64,000 nt of DNA from Pelagomonas calceolata (lineage: Eukaryota). The position numbers and the translations under genes are program-made. A model generated the notes under the pieces. The model was not told where the DNA came from and did not search any database. It saw only the letters and a program-made list of their open reading frames with translations. The stretch is from NCBI GenBank assembly GCA_918797485.1, contig CAKKNE010000002.1, positions 1,364,001 through 1,428,000 of the forward strand. The letters are read 5' to 3'. The stretch's first letter is position 1, and the number at the start of each line of letters is the position of its first letter. Positions 19,540 through 31,300 of this stretch are shown piece after piece.

Positions 19540-21852
19540 ATGGAGCCGGCCCAACTGAGCCAACTGCGCCAGCGCGCCGCCCTCGCCACGGCCCTCTTTT
19601 CGCTCCTCGTCTACCTCGTCTGCCTCTGGTGGTGGGAGACGAAGTCCTGGGAGCGCTTCGTCGTCCTCCAGGAGACGCCCAAGTGGATTACCTACGGCAC
19701 GGCCTGGGAGGCGCAGTGGGCCATCGCGGCCTGCGCCCTGGCGCTCTGCGCCGCGGCCTGCGCTTTTTGCGAGGGGTTTGAGTTTCCCGCATCGATCACG
19801 AAGACGCTCGACAAATGGAAGGAGATCGAGCCCGTGCTGCCCGGGAAGTTAAGGCGGTTGCGGCTCGGCGGCGGCCACCGCCTCGGCACGCTGGCCATGG
19901 CGTTGATCCTGTGCCGCATCATCTCCCTCCACATCGTCATGTACCGCGGCTCGCGGCCGAACCACCCGGCGAGCTGGGGCAAGATGGTCGGGACCCTTGA
20001 TTTAACTAATGATGGTAAAAAAGACACGCGCGCGGACCATATTAGAGCTTTGAAGTCGCACGCCTTCCAACTGGGCTGGGACTGCCTGGTGCCCATGTCG
20101 CTATTGGGCATCCCGACGGCGCAGTTCTCGCCACCGTTACGAGCGGTCGGGCTCAGCCACGAGGCGGCGATCGCCTTCCACCGCGTTTTAGGAAGAGCCA
20201 CGCTGATCCTGGTGAGCGGCCACTTCGGGTTTTATGGATTAGCCTGGGCCATGGACGGCGGCGCCAAGCTCTTCTGGGACGAGACGCTGCAGGTCTGCCA
20301 CCACGGGCCGCGCGTCACGAAATTACCAATAGGAAGGGCCTTCCGGCCAGGGTGCATGGGCATCTCGAACTTCTTCGGGTTCCTGGCCTGGGGCTTCGGG
20401 ATTTTGCTGGGCATCGGCAGCTTCTACATGGTGCGGCGCCGGAGCTACGCGCTGTTCATGGCGACGCACCAATTGCATTGGCTCTGGTGGTTCTTCGCGT
20501 GTTTGCACTGGCCCGGGGCCCTGGCATTCGTGGCGCCGGCCTTGATCTTCTTCGTGGCCGACTGCGCGCGACGTTTAGTGTCGGAGAGAACCGTAAGATG
20601 TGCCGTCGTCCGGCACGGCCCGAAGATTACGACCGTACTCGTCCCGTGCCCCGGCTACACGGTCAGGCAGTTGACGGGCGGCGTCTTTCGGTTGCGGTGC
20701 TTCCGGATCAGCCTCATGTGGCACCCGTTCAGCATCGCCGGCGCGGTGGAGACGCCGGACGGGCCCGTGGCGCTGATCCACGTCTTCGACGCGAGGGACG
20801 GCAAGGAGGGCACGTGGACCAATGCCCTCTGCCGGCTGGCGGCGTCGGCGCCGTTCATCGAACTGGAATGCCGCGGGCCGATCATCGCTCCCATCAGTTT
20901 ACAACAAAAGGCCCGGGAGGCGGCGCGCGGCCGGCCGTTGCTGATCGTCGCGGCGGGGTCGGGCCTCGCGCCGGCCGTGGCCTTCCTGCGATTGGTACGG
21001 CTCTCCAACCCGGTGCCGAACCAGCAGATCCGGTTCGTCGCCATCGTCCGGTCGGCCCAGCAAATAGAGGTGCTCGACGCCTTCTGCCTGCCGACGGCCG
21101 GCGCCGCCACCCAGGAGCCGTGGCTCCAGACCGAAATCCACGTCACGCGGCGCAAGGCGGCGCCCACCCTGGAGGGATCCCCGTCGATACCTCGGCACGG
21201 CCGCGTCGTCATACGAGCCGACACTAACGCAAATCTGGTGGCCGTGCCGACGCCCTGGCCCACGAACATCCTCCACGACACGAAGAACCCGCTCACCGGC
21301 GCCGGCGACGAGGAGGAGGCCAAGGAGGCGCCGCGGGTCTCCGACCCGGCGCCGCCAGGCCCAGCTTCTACAGAAGACGCCGTCTCCGTGCTGGCCGCGG
21401 CCTTCTGCTTCGTTTTTTTCAGCTACGTCGTGCTGGCGCGCGAGGACGCGCCCTTCGCCCGCGAGAGCGCCTACTTTTTTGATGAGTCGAAGACGGGAAA
21501 TCCCAACACGATCTCCGGCGGCCTGTCGCTCATCGTGTGCACGGTCGCGGCCTTCGCGGGCGCCTACGGCTCTTTATTAATTTGCGGCTGGGTCCGGCGG
21601 CGGCGGAGCGTCGAGGACGAGGCCGTCTCCCCGAAGGACGTCGAGCTGCGCGTACCATCATCGCCGCGGGGCGCCGAGGTCGTTTTGGCGACGGCGGGCG
21701 CGCGGCCAGATCTCGGCGAGGTCGTGCGGCGCGCGGACGCGCAGCTCGGGCTGCGCGCCGAGGTCCTGGCGGGCGGGCCGGACGTGCTCCTCGAGGGCCT
21801 CGAGGACCGGCTCGGCGGACGGGCCGTCGAGCGGATGACGTGGTCCATGTAA
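19540..21852 (+). CDS. Ferric reductase (FRE/NOX family)
   Basis: Multiple transmembrane helices, heme His pairs (FHRVLG...GH; THQLH...LH), FAD motif WHPFSI, NADPH motif AAGSGLAP. Confidence 0.88.
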   Translation: MEPAQLSQLRQRAALATALFSLLVYLVCLWWWETKSWERFVVLQETPKWITYGTAWEAQWAIAACALALCAAACAFCEGFEFPASITKTLDKWKEIEPVLPGKLRRLRLGGGHRLGTLAMALILCRIISLHIVMYRGSRPNHPASWGKMVGTLDLTNDGKKDTRADHIRALKSHAFQLGWDCLVPMSLLGIPTAQFSPPLRAVGLSHEAAIAFHRVLGRATLILVSGHFGFYGLAWAMDGGAKLFWDETLQVCHHGPRVTKLPIGRAFRPGCMGISNFFGFLAWGFGILLGIGSFYMVRRRSYALFMATHQLHWLWWFFACLHWPGALAFVAPALIFFVADCARRLVSERTVRCAVVRHGPKITTVLVPCPGYTVRQLTGGVFRLRCFRISLMWHPFSIAGAVETPDGPVALIHVFDARDGKEGTWTNALCRLAASAPFIELECRGPIIAPISLQQKAREAARGRPLLIVAAGSGLAPAVAFLRLVRLSNPVPNQQIRFVAIVRSAQQIEVLDAFCLPTAGAATQEPWLQTEIHVTRRKAAPTLEGSPSIPRHGRVVIRADTNANLVAVPTPWPTNILHDTKNPLTGAGDEEEAKEAPRVSDPAPPGPASTEDAVSVLAAAFCFVFFSYVVLAREDAPFARESAYFFDESKTGNPNTISGGLSLIVCTVAAFAGAYGSLLICGWVRRRRSVEDEAVSPKDVELRVPSSPRGAEVVLATAGARPDLGEVVRRADAQLGLRAEVLAGGPDVLLEGLEDRLGGRAVERMTWSM

Positions 21853-21966
21853 AAGTATCGTAATTCGAGTTTTACTTCGACGGGATGGGGGGGGGTGGGG
21901 TTCGTGGGTGTTGGTTGATTGTGTACCAAGGTACTTATCATGGGGAGGGGGCATGTACGGCGTCGC

Positions 21967-22428
21967 CTACTCGGTGAAGTCGTCCTGGTAGCGCACGCCA
22001 GCACACATACCGCAGGCGAGGTGCTCCTTCTCGTTCAAGAACGTGCACTGCGCGCACGCCCACTTGTCGTCGACGACGACGGCGGCGGCCTTGGGCTTGG
22101 ACGCCGGCGCGGCCTTCTTCTTCACGACGACCTTCTTGACGATGGGCTTGCGCTTGGAGGCCGAGGACGCGCCGCCGAGCTTGTTGCCGTTGCCGGAGAA
22201 GGGCGTGACGTGGGGGCGGCGCGCGCGCGGCTGCGGCCCGCGGGGGAGGCCCGGGCGCCGCGCCACCCAGGGCGCGCGCCCCTGGACGGCGCGTTGGCCG
22301 CCTCCGAACATGATCGCGCCGGCGGCCACGGCCTCGATGTCATGGGTGGGGGACGAGATGTCGTAGTCCAAGCCGCTCGCGCCGAGCGAGAACTTGCCGT
22401 TGAGCTGCGGGATGGTGCCGCCGGACAT
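21967..22428 (-). CDS. Small protein with C-terminal RanBP2-type zinc finger
   Basis: WACAQCTFLNEKEHLACGMC. Confidence 0.65.
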   Translation of the reverse strand: MSGGTIPQLNGKFSLGASGLDYDISSPTHDIEAVAAGAIMFGGGQRAVQGRAPWVARRPGLPRGPQPRARRPHVTPFSGNGNKLGGASSASKRKPIVKKVVVKKKAAPASKPKAAAVVVDDKWACAQCTFLNEKEHLACGMCAGVRYQDDFTE

Positions 22429-23197
22429 GGTGCCTGCGCGGCGAAAATTCGAATTCGTCGAGCAACGATGCGCGCGACGCGACGGGGACGACGCCCGTCG
22501 GCCGGCGCGGCGTCGCGGGGCCACTCGGGGGGTATTGTGGCGTCATTCGCCCCGCCTGCGACCGCCGCGCCGCCGCCGGCCGCTAAGCAAACAGCGCTTT
22601 CCTCAGGCTCACTCCAGTCGCCATAACTCTCCGCGCGCGGTAGTTTGGGAGCGGCGCCGCGGCCCACGGTTATATATGAGTTAGGAGGACCGCCCTGAGG
22701 CCGTCGCTAAGTCGAAATGGCTGAGCTGACCTAGCTAGGTGGCCCCCTAAAGCAAGCTGATCGATCGCGCCGTCCTCAGCGAGGTAAAGCTGCCCAAAGC
22801 AAAGGACAACGAGCCTTCATACACGTCTAAAACATCGCAAGACTCTCGGGATTTCTGGGCAGCCGCGCGAGGCCCGCGAGACAGGCACACAGGCAGGTCT
22901 TGGAGCGATCCGGGTCAAAAAACTTCCACACGTCTGAGAGCGACAAAATTCTCTGAGACCGCGTGATTCACGCGCGGGGCCGTCAGTACGGGTTTCTCGC
23001 GTTTTGCGCAGACACCGAGTCGGCCAGCGCATTCATAGCCATGGTGGCGATTTATTTAGTGCTGCTGTTGCAGCAATTGCTGTGCACTGCAAGCTTGCAG
23101 CTGCAAAAAACGCGAACGCCTGCGGCTACGCGCAGCGCATATACGCACGTAACTCAACTAGCTTCCGGTTTCGCGTGCGGCGCATGGCGGGCGTCAT

Positions 23198-26100
23198 ATG
23201 TCACATCACTGGGTGCTAGTCGTCGTCTGGGTCAAGATCGACAGCAAGTGGGTCCTGATTTATTTTTGGATCTGCCTCTCTCATTGGCATATTTTTGTCG
23301 AGGCCGCCGCGGCAAACGGCGTGAATTTTTTGCCAGTTTCGGCGTTCACCGTCGGCGAGCGCCACGTCTACCCGTTAACCGACAAGGTTACGGGTGTGCG
23401 CGTGCCCGACGCCGTCCGCTGTGAGGCTGCTGGCGGCAAGAAGGCGCCCGCGGTCGTCTTCGGGGGGCGTTGTGATTGGAACCCCGCGGATTTGCTCGAA
23501 GCTCGTCGCAATTTCAATAAGATAATGTGGAAACCTTCCGCCATGGGTTCTTTCTTACTCATGCTGGTCATTTCCTCATTCCCGCAAAATTGTTGGAAGC
23601 GGCGTCTGAATACCTTTTTTTCAACCACTGCGCCATCGATACGAGACGTGCCCACCGCTCCCGGCCGACTGGAGCGTCGCGTCGCCGGCGTGACACTGGC
23701 CACGGCCTCGACGCGCCGGGCGCCCTTCGAAGAGCGCGACGCCATCGACGCGAATTTACTACCATTTTTCACCACGTCGCTCGTTCCTCGCGCAGATGGG
23801 CGGCCTGTCGCCGGCGGCGCGACCCAGTTCGCCGCGACGCACGCCAAGGCCTCGTACTTGGAGCTGGTCCCGGGCTACGGCCGGAGCGGCGAGAAGACAA
23901 TTAATGATGGTGTTCTTCGCCGCGACCTCGCCCAATTCTTAGCAGCTTTAGATGATCAAGACCGCAAGTTGACGCATATTGACGTCATCGACAGCGCTAT
24001 AGAGTATCAGCCAGATCTCTACACGCTGGGCGAGTCCGTTGAGGCAAAGGTCGATTTCGCTGATCATGTTATTAAGTGGAACAGAGACGCCTCGATCGAG
24101 CGTGCGGACGAGGTGAACGCGGGCGCAGTGACGCGCCTGTCGCGGCTCGCCTCCGAGAAGCCCCGAACCATTGTTTTTGCTGCTCCGGTGCTCAAATACG
24201 CCGCAGATATTCATCTCCTACATGCTCTGGGCGGCAAGACGAAGGCAAACGACTTCGCTGTCGTCGACAAGTTGCCTAAAAACGGCAAGCTCGGCCCGGG
24301 CGGCGTCCATCAGGTCGCCGTCAGGACCCGGACCGGGGGTACTGCCTCCGCCCCACAATACACGTACCAGCTGCACACCTATCAAAAGAAGAAGTACTGG
24401 AAGCCCAATACGAGCCCGCCCAAGGCTCTCAGCATTACGTTTGAGTTACTGGATAAATTGCTCAAGAGCGGCCATTTACCGGAAGGTGCGCTACCGGCGT
24501 CCTTCAGAAGTGTAGAATGCCTTCACGCCATCGACGCGACTCGTGTCCATCTCACAATGAAGTGGGTGGTTTATTTTTCGATTTTGAGGCCATCTGGACC
24601 GACACGATGCGTCGTGGGTGCGTTAAGAGTACTCGAAGCGCCGCGGTCGCCGACGTGCGGTGCGTCGATGCGTGGCCCCACGGTTCCGCGGGGTCTCGGA
24701 GGCGCGGTGACGCCCGTGCCCGAGCGACTGGACCTTCGCGACGCGGAGCGACGGCCACGGCCGCGACGGGCCTCGACGCAGCTCGGAGGCGCCGCGCGTC
24801 CGACGTGCGGCGCGGCGATGGCGTGAGGCCACCTCTCCGCGGCGGCGCGAAGTTTCGACGACGCCCGTGCCCGAGCGACTGGACCTTCGCGACGCGGAGC
24901 GACGGCCACGGCCGCGACGGGCCTCGACGCAGCTCGGAGGCGCCGCGCGTCCGACGTGCGGCGCGGCGATGGCGTGAGGCCACCTCTCCGCGGCGGCGCG
25001 AAGTTTCGACGACGCCCGTGCCCGAGCGACTGGACCTTCGCGACGCGGAGCGACGGCCGCGGCCGCGACGGGCCTCGACGCAGCTCGGAGGCGCCGCGCG
25101 TCCGACGTGCGGCGCGGCGATGGCGTGAGGCCACCTCTCCGCGGCGGCGCGAAGTTTCGACGACGCCCGTGCCCGAGCGACTGGACCTTCGCGACGCGGA
25201 GCGACGGCCACGGCCGCGACGGGCCTCGACGCAGCTCGGAGGCGCCGCGCGTCCGACGTGCGGTGCGTCGATGGCGTGGCCCCACGGCTCCGCGGGGTCT
25301 CGGAGGCGCGGTGACGCCCGTGCCCGAGCGACTGGACCTTCGCGACGCGGAGCGACGGCCGCGGCCGCGACGGGCCTCGACGCAGCTCGGAGCCGCCGCG
25401 CGTGCGACGTGCGGTGCGTCGATGGCGTGGCCCCACGGCTCCGCGGGGTCTCGGAGGCGCGGTGACGCCCGTGCCCGAGCGACTGGACCTTCGCGACGCG
25501 GAGCGACGGCCGCGGCCGCGACGGGCCTCGACGCAGCTCGGAGCCGCCGCGCGTGCGACGTGCGGTGCGTCGATGGCGTGGCCCCACGGCTCCGCGGGGT
25601 CTCGGAGGCGCGGTGACGCCCGTGCCCGAGCGACTGGACCTTCGCGACGCGGAGCGACGCCATCGACGCGACGGGTGGTGCCGTGACGTTCTCGATCTAC
25701 ACAGGTACTATTGTAGAAGTCGCCTCTCCGGAGGCGATCGGCCCGGCTATTCTAAATGTTGTGAAAGCGTCGAACGCCGTGCGCAAGGCCTACGGCTTCC
25801 GTAAGCTCATGCCTACGACTCTTGCGCACGAGTACACGCTGAACCGCAACGACACGCGCGACAAGTCTTCTCTTGCAGTCCTGCATCTTCTGGAGTTACC
25901 AGAAATAAATGAATTAGTTCCACTGGGCTATGGTCAATCAGAAGTGAAACACCCCATCTCGTTTAAAGTTGACGATATTTATGTGCCGGCGTCGGTGGTA
26001 CACGTCACGTACCTTATGGCACCTCAATCACACTGCGACGTCCAATGCCTTATCGATTCAACGGTGCCACAACCGCCCCTTTTCGAACATTCTGCCTGTC

Positions 26101-27470
26101 TTATTGCCCGCATCAAGCTACATGAGGACTCGAAGCCGTTTCATCCGAAGGCCGGCAAGGGCGGGGGCAGGCCGTTCTCTATTACAATTAAGGAAGAGGG
26201 CAAGGCTGATGTTGTTTTGGACGCCACATCAGAGCCTGATGGTATTAGGTTATTGGGAGAGAAGGGCATTACTGTATCACAGAAACCCATCAATAGTCGT
26301 TTGTCCGGGAAGGTTACATCAGACTTAACCCGAAACGGCAAGACGTGTAAATTTGCCTATAAGAAGATTACTCTCCCGAAAAAGGAAGAGCTGGAACAGG
26401 ATATGTATATGGTGCTACCGTTAAATAATGAGAAACTTTTGGAGGCGTTGCATGCAGGGTTTAATTCTACTATTGCTGCGAGAACTGCGTTCATGGATCT
26501 CGACGCCCTACGTGCGGATCCACTAAGATTTTTCCTGGAGCGGGACAACATTGAATTAAGTGACGAGCTGAAGGAGATCGTGGCCCGCGGCTTCGTTACA
26601 AAGAAAGAGTTGAAGGACAAACTCCTGCCGTACCTCACGGGATACAAAGCGCGCATAGACGCGCAGTTCGACGAGTTCCTGCCGTCGGAGACCTTCATTA
26701 ATACCAACGTCGCGTCTACGGAATTTGCTGAAGATGCGGATGCTCTGGAAACGAAGGTCACTGCGGAGATGACGTGGTTGTATGATGCGGTCGACGTCTT
26801 TGATAAGGAGCAGGCCGCCGCGGCGAAGCAGCGCAAGGCCGCCAAGGCCGCCAAGGCCTCTAAGGCGTCGCCGAAGAAGCGGAGCCGCAAGCGCAAGACT
26901 ACTGTTCCCGAAACGACCTTCATTAATAGTGACGACGCGTCCGACGAGGAGGCCGTGGCCGACGACGAGGAGTCTGCTGTCGGCAGCGAGGACTGCGGCT
27001 TGGATGACGACGTGGAATCGTTCAAAGGGAACTCGTCGGACGAGTCTTCCTCCGATGACGACGAGGTTATGCCCGTGGCTCGACCGCTACCTGATAATCA
27101 CGGTCCTCAATCCTTCGAGCCGTTCGACCGCGTGGAAGCGTTTTACCGCCCGGATAACATCTGGTGTCCGGCGACGGTTCACTCACCGAACGACGACGGG
27201 ACCTATAATGTCGACTACGACGACGAGTATTTTGAGCCTAACCTCCCAGCGAATCTGGTGCGTCCGCTAAAGCGCCGCAAGGTCGCCGCGCCGCCGGCCG
27301 CGGGGGCTTATCAAATCGGCGACAGCGTCGAGGCGCGCTGGTGTGGTGGCGAAGACTGGTTCCCGGGCACGATCCACAAGTGCCACCCCGACGGCATGTA
27401 CCACATCAAGTTCTTCGACTTCAGCGAAGACGACTCTGTATCTCCTCATCACGTCCGCCGCGCACCGTGA
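23198..27470 (+). CDS. Large uncharacterised multi-exon protein with two C-terminal Tudor/Agenet-like domains (5' end uncertain; introns about 23394-23795 and 24486-25704)
   Basis: Phase-1 GT 24486..AG 25704 joins HLPEG-TIVEV; FEPFDRVEAFY..WCPATV..GTYNVDYDD and YQIGDSVEARW..WFPGTI..GMYHIKFFD; NLS-like and acidic tracts. Confidence 0.6.
24649..25659. repeat. 151-bp tandem satellite, about 6.7 copies, two unit variants
   Basis: GACGCCCGTGCCCGAGCGACTGG recurs at 24709, 24860, 25011, 25162, 25313, 25464 and 25615. Confidence 0.97.
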
Positions 27471-27692
27471 CCGGACGGACCAATAGTACCAGACGCTCCT
27501 GCGCCTTACCATGACTACAGCGACCGCCACATTTGACTGGGTCCCATAGTTGGCGGTAGTACGAGTAAGAATAATATACCTATATCTATATATCCCGTGA
27601 CCGCCAGCTAGCGGCTGTAAGATACTAGCAAGCGCTGCTGAGGCTCAGCACCGGCGGACACGTCGTCTGGCGTGCCAAACCACAATTGCGCA

Positions 27693-28301
27693 ATGGCACG
27701 ACTGTTATTCTTCGTACTGATCGCTGTGAACGCGTTGCAGCGACCAATGGCGCCGCCGCGACGGCTGCACTCAATAGCGCCTGCGCCAGCAGTGGCTGCC
27801 CTGCCTGCGCTACCTGCCCTGCCTGCGCGCAAGGCATCCGTAGTGCTCACCAGCGCGGTCATGAACGACGAAACAGCGGAAGCACCAAATGAAAAGCCGG
27901 AGCCCCTCTGGAAGAAGTTCGGCGAAGCTGGCGTGATCGCGTACGTCGGCATTAACGTGTTCTGGTACGCGATCGGCGTGAATTTGTTCCTGCGCGGCAT
28001 GCCCATCAAGCAGGCGGGCGGCGCGAAACTCGCGTACAAGCGGTTCCTCGCCGCGTGGGGTCTGTGCTTCGCCGCGTCGCACAGCCTCGGCCCCGTTCTG
28101 CCCGCGGTGCGCGCTGCGGGGGCCGGCGCGCTGAGCCCGCTGTCGTCGGCGCTGCTCGAGCGCGTGCGACGACGGCTCCCGGCGTCGACGCCGCGCTGGG
28201 TCGCGCCGTCGATCGCTTTTATCGGCCTCTGCGGCCTCTTCGGCGTCCTCTCGTTCTTCACGCTCACGACGGAGCTCGTGCGCGTGGCCGCGGCGGCGTA
28301 G
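27693..28301 (+). CDS. Membrane protein with signal and transit-like presequence (probably plastid)
   Basis: MARLLFFVLIAVNAL signal, Pro/Ala-rich linker, then WKKFGEAGVIAYVG and hydrophobic helices. Confidence 0.6.
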   Translation: MARLLFFVLIAVNALQRPMAPPRRLHSIAPAPAVAALPALPALPARKASVVLTSAVMNDETAEAPNEKPEPLWKKFGEAGVIAYVGINVFWYAIGVNLFLRGMPIKQAGGAKLAYKRFLAAWGLCFAASHSLGPVLPAVRAAGAGALSPLSSALLERVRRRLPASTPRWVAPSIAFIGLCGLFGVLSFFTLTTELVRVAAAA

Positions 28302-28334
28302 TAATGTACTGGTGGTTAGCCGGGGGTCAGGGGC

Positions 28335-31300
28335 CTAGTCCGAGTCGCTCGCGTAGCGCTTCGGCGGCGAGCGCGAGCCGGACGCCTGCAGGCGGCTGCG
28401 GAACCGGTTCATGAGCTCCGAGTTGTCCGAAGGGCGCGGCGCCTTGACGGGCGACTCCTCGGACGCCGACGACTCCTCGTCCGACTCCGAATCGGTCTCG
28501 TAGGACGAAGAGGAGGCAGCTTTTTGGGCCTCGGTCTTGGCGCGCCGGTTAGCGATGGCCTGCTCGAAGGGCGACGGCCCCGGCGTCCTGAAGGCGACCG
28601 CTGGGTCCTGCAACGAGGAGCTCGACGCCGACGGCGCCGCCGCCGGCGCGAAGGCGTCGCCTTGGACAGCAAAGGGGTCCGAGCTCACGCTCGGAGCCGA
28701 CGGCGGCTGGCCGAACGGGTCGGAGAATCCCGAGCCCTTCGACGAGATCGAGGGGGCGGCCGGTGCCGCGAAGGGGTCCGCGCCCCTGGAAAATGACGAA
28801 GCCACGCTTGGAGCCTTGGGCGCGCCGTCGAAGGACGACGCAACGGAGGACACCGACGGCGGCGCGGGCGGCGCGCCGAAGGGGTCGGGCGTCGCCGGCG
28901 CCGGCGGCACGGAGCCGCTCCGTCGCTGCGGCTTGGCCTGGGCCGGCGAGGCCTTGGGCTCCGTCGACGAGCTCCTCCGGGTCCCGTCGCCCTTGGCTGC
29001 AAAGCGGCTCCGCGCCGCCGGCGGCTGTGCTGGCCTTACGAGGCCCGGGCCCGACGTACTCGACGCGACGGACGGCACCGAGGCCGTACCGAAGGGGTCC
29101 GAGAAGGCGCTCGAGGTCGAGGGCGCCGGCGCCGGCGCCGACCACTCCGCCTGGAGGCGCCGCGCCATCTCCTCGTCGGTCTCCTTGGGCTTTGACGCCT
29201 TAGGGGGCGGCTTCGGAGGTTCTTCCTCCTCGTCGGACGACGCCTCGGAGCTACCCTCCTCGGAGGACGACGAGGACTCGGCCGGCTTCGGCGAGAGGAC
29301 CGTGCGCACGGAAGGCTTCGGCGCCGACTCGGCCGTCGCGTCGGAAGGAGCCGACCGCCGCGGTCGCAACGACGCCGGCGGCGACGCGCCGGAGCCGGAG
29401 AGGCGCCGCACGGTAGCCGAGACGTCATCCACGCGCAGCGCGAGCGCACTGTAGTCGTCGTGAGCCTTGGAGGCCTTGTGGTCCGCACCGCGCGCGCCGG
29501 CCGCCGCTTCGCGCGCCGCTCTTTCCAGGGCCGCTACCTTTCGTTCCAAGTCGGCGCATCGCTGCCGCGCGTCGTCGTCGACGTTCGTGCCCCGCGTCGG
29601 CGACTCCGCGTAGCGCCGGAGCGACTCGCGGCCCGGCGTCGACGGCGGCTCCGTCGCCGACTCCTCGAGGGCCGCCACGCGATCGCGCACGGCGTCGACG
29701 CGCTTCGGGATGGCGTCGGCGATCTCGCGCGCGGCCTCGGCGGCGTCCGCGGCCTGGGAGGCCCGCGCGGCGCCCTCGTCGACGCGACGGCCGAACGACG
29801 CCAGGTTCGTCTCGAGCGCGTCTCTCGCGTCGCCCAGCGCCGACTCGAGCTCGCGGCCGCGGTCGCGCGCCGCGCGCTCGTTGTCGTCCAGGGCCTGCTT
29901 GAGCGCCTGGAGCTTCTCCTCGCACGTCGCCAGGCGCTGCGGGGCCAGCTCGCCCAGCGCCGCCCGGTACGACGTCGAGGCCTCCTCGAGGCGCCCGACG
30001 CGCTGGACCACATCTCTTTGAAGTTCGGCGGCCGCGTCCAGCGCGGCCAGGTGCTCGAAGGCCTCCGACGCGTCGCCGCGCTGCCACGTCTCCAGGGCGT
30101 CCAGCCGCGCGCGGTCCGTCGCGCTCCGCCGCTCCGCGTCCCGGAACCGGCCGACCTTCGCGTCCAAAGCGTCGACGCGCGCGTCGACGCTCTCGACCTT
30201 GCCGGCGAGCTCGCCCGCGCGCTTGACGGCCGGCGCCTCCTCGGCGAAGGCCCGCGCCGTCGTCTTCGCCACGTCGAGCTTGCCCTCGATGGCGCCGATC
30301 GCGCGATCACATCTCGCTAAACCTCGTACTAAATCGGCGCGGTCGTCGCGCCAGTCGTCGGACCGCTGGTCGAGCGCGCCGTAGAGCTCCGTCCTCAACG
30401 AATCCAGGGACTTGTGCGTCGCCGCCCGCGCGTCGTCTAACGCGGCCCGCGCCGTTCTTGTAGCTTCGACCACTTGCCCGATCTTGTCGGCGCACTCGGC
30501 GCGCACCGTCTCCAATTGCTGCTCGAGCTTTTTCTGGGCGAGCCGCGCGTCGCGCAGATCGGCCTCCCGCGCGCGTTTCAGCTCGTCTACTTCATTTCGC
30601 GCGCTGTCGACGTCCCCCACCAACTTGGCCACAGCTTTATCGACGGCCTTGGCCGCGCGGTCGTCGTCTCCATAAGATCCGGAGGAACCTCCCCCCAACG
30701 CCGCCGCGCGGCTGTCCAACGTGTTCTCGAGCTGGCGCCGCGCGTCCATGAGCGCCTCGGACGCCTCCGCTCGTAAAGAGCTGCCCAACGATTTCGAAAG
30801 TTTGTCCTCGAGTTTTGATTCCGCGGCCGCGAAGGCCTGCTGCACCGCGGCCTGGACGGCGCTTTCCACGGCCGCCGGCGCCGCGCGCGCCGCGGCCATG
30901 TCGTCGCCGCCCAACGACTCGCCGCTTCGCAACCGCAACGCGGCGACCTGCCGCCTCAAGTCCTCGAGCTCGTGCTCCATGGCCGACTGGCCCGCCGCGA
31001 CGGCGCCCTGCGCGGCAGCTTGCGCCTGCCTTCTCGCTGCATCTAAGACGCCCTTGACCTCGGCCTGCGTCGCGCTGCGCTTGTTGCTCTCGGTGATGCG
31101 CCGCTGCGACGCCTCGAGGCCGGCCTGCGTCGCCGCGGCCTTCTCCAAAGCAGCATCCACCCTGGACCGCCACTGCTCCGCGTCGGCCTGCCAGGCCAGC
31201 ATCTTCGACGCGTGGCCTCTTCTGGCATGCACTTCTCTCGCAAGAGCATCTACGGTAGCTTCCCTCGAGCGCCGCGCCGTCGCGGCCGCCGTCTCCGACG

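Noticed and set aside
24649..25659. CRISPR-like repeat/spacer array
   Set aside because: The variable parts come in only two recurring versions, the unit is 151 bp, there are no cas genes and the context is a eukaryotic intron
24517..25804. Multiple long ORFs on both strands
   Set aside because: Translations of the stop-poor GC-rich satellite
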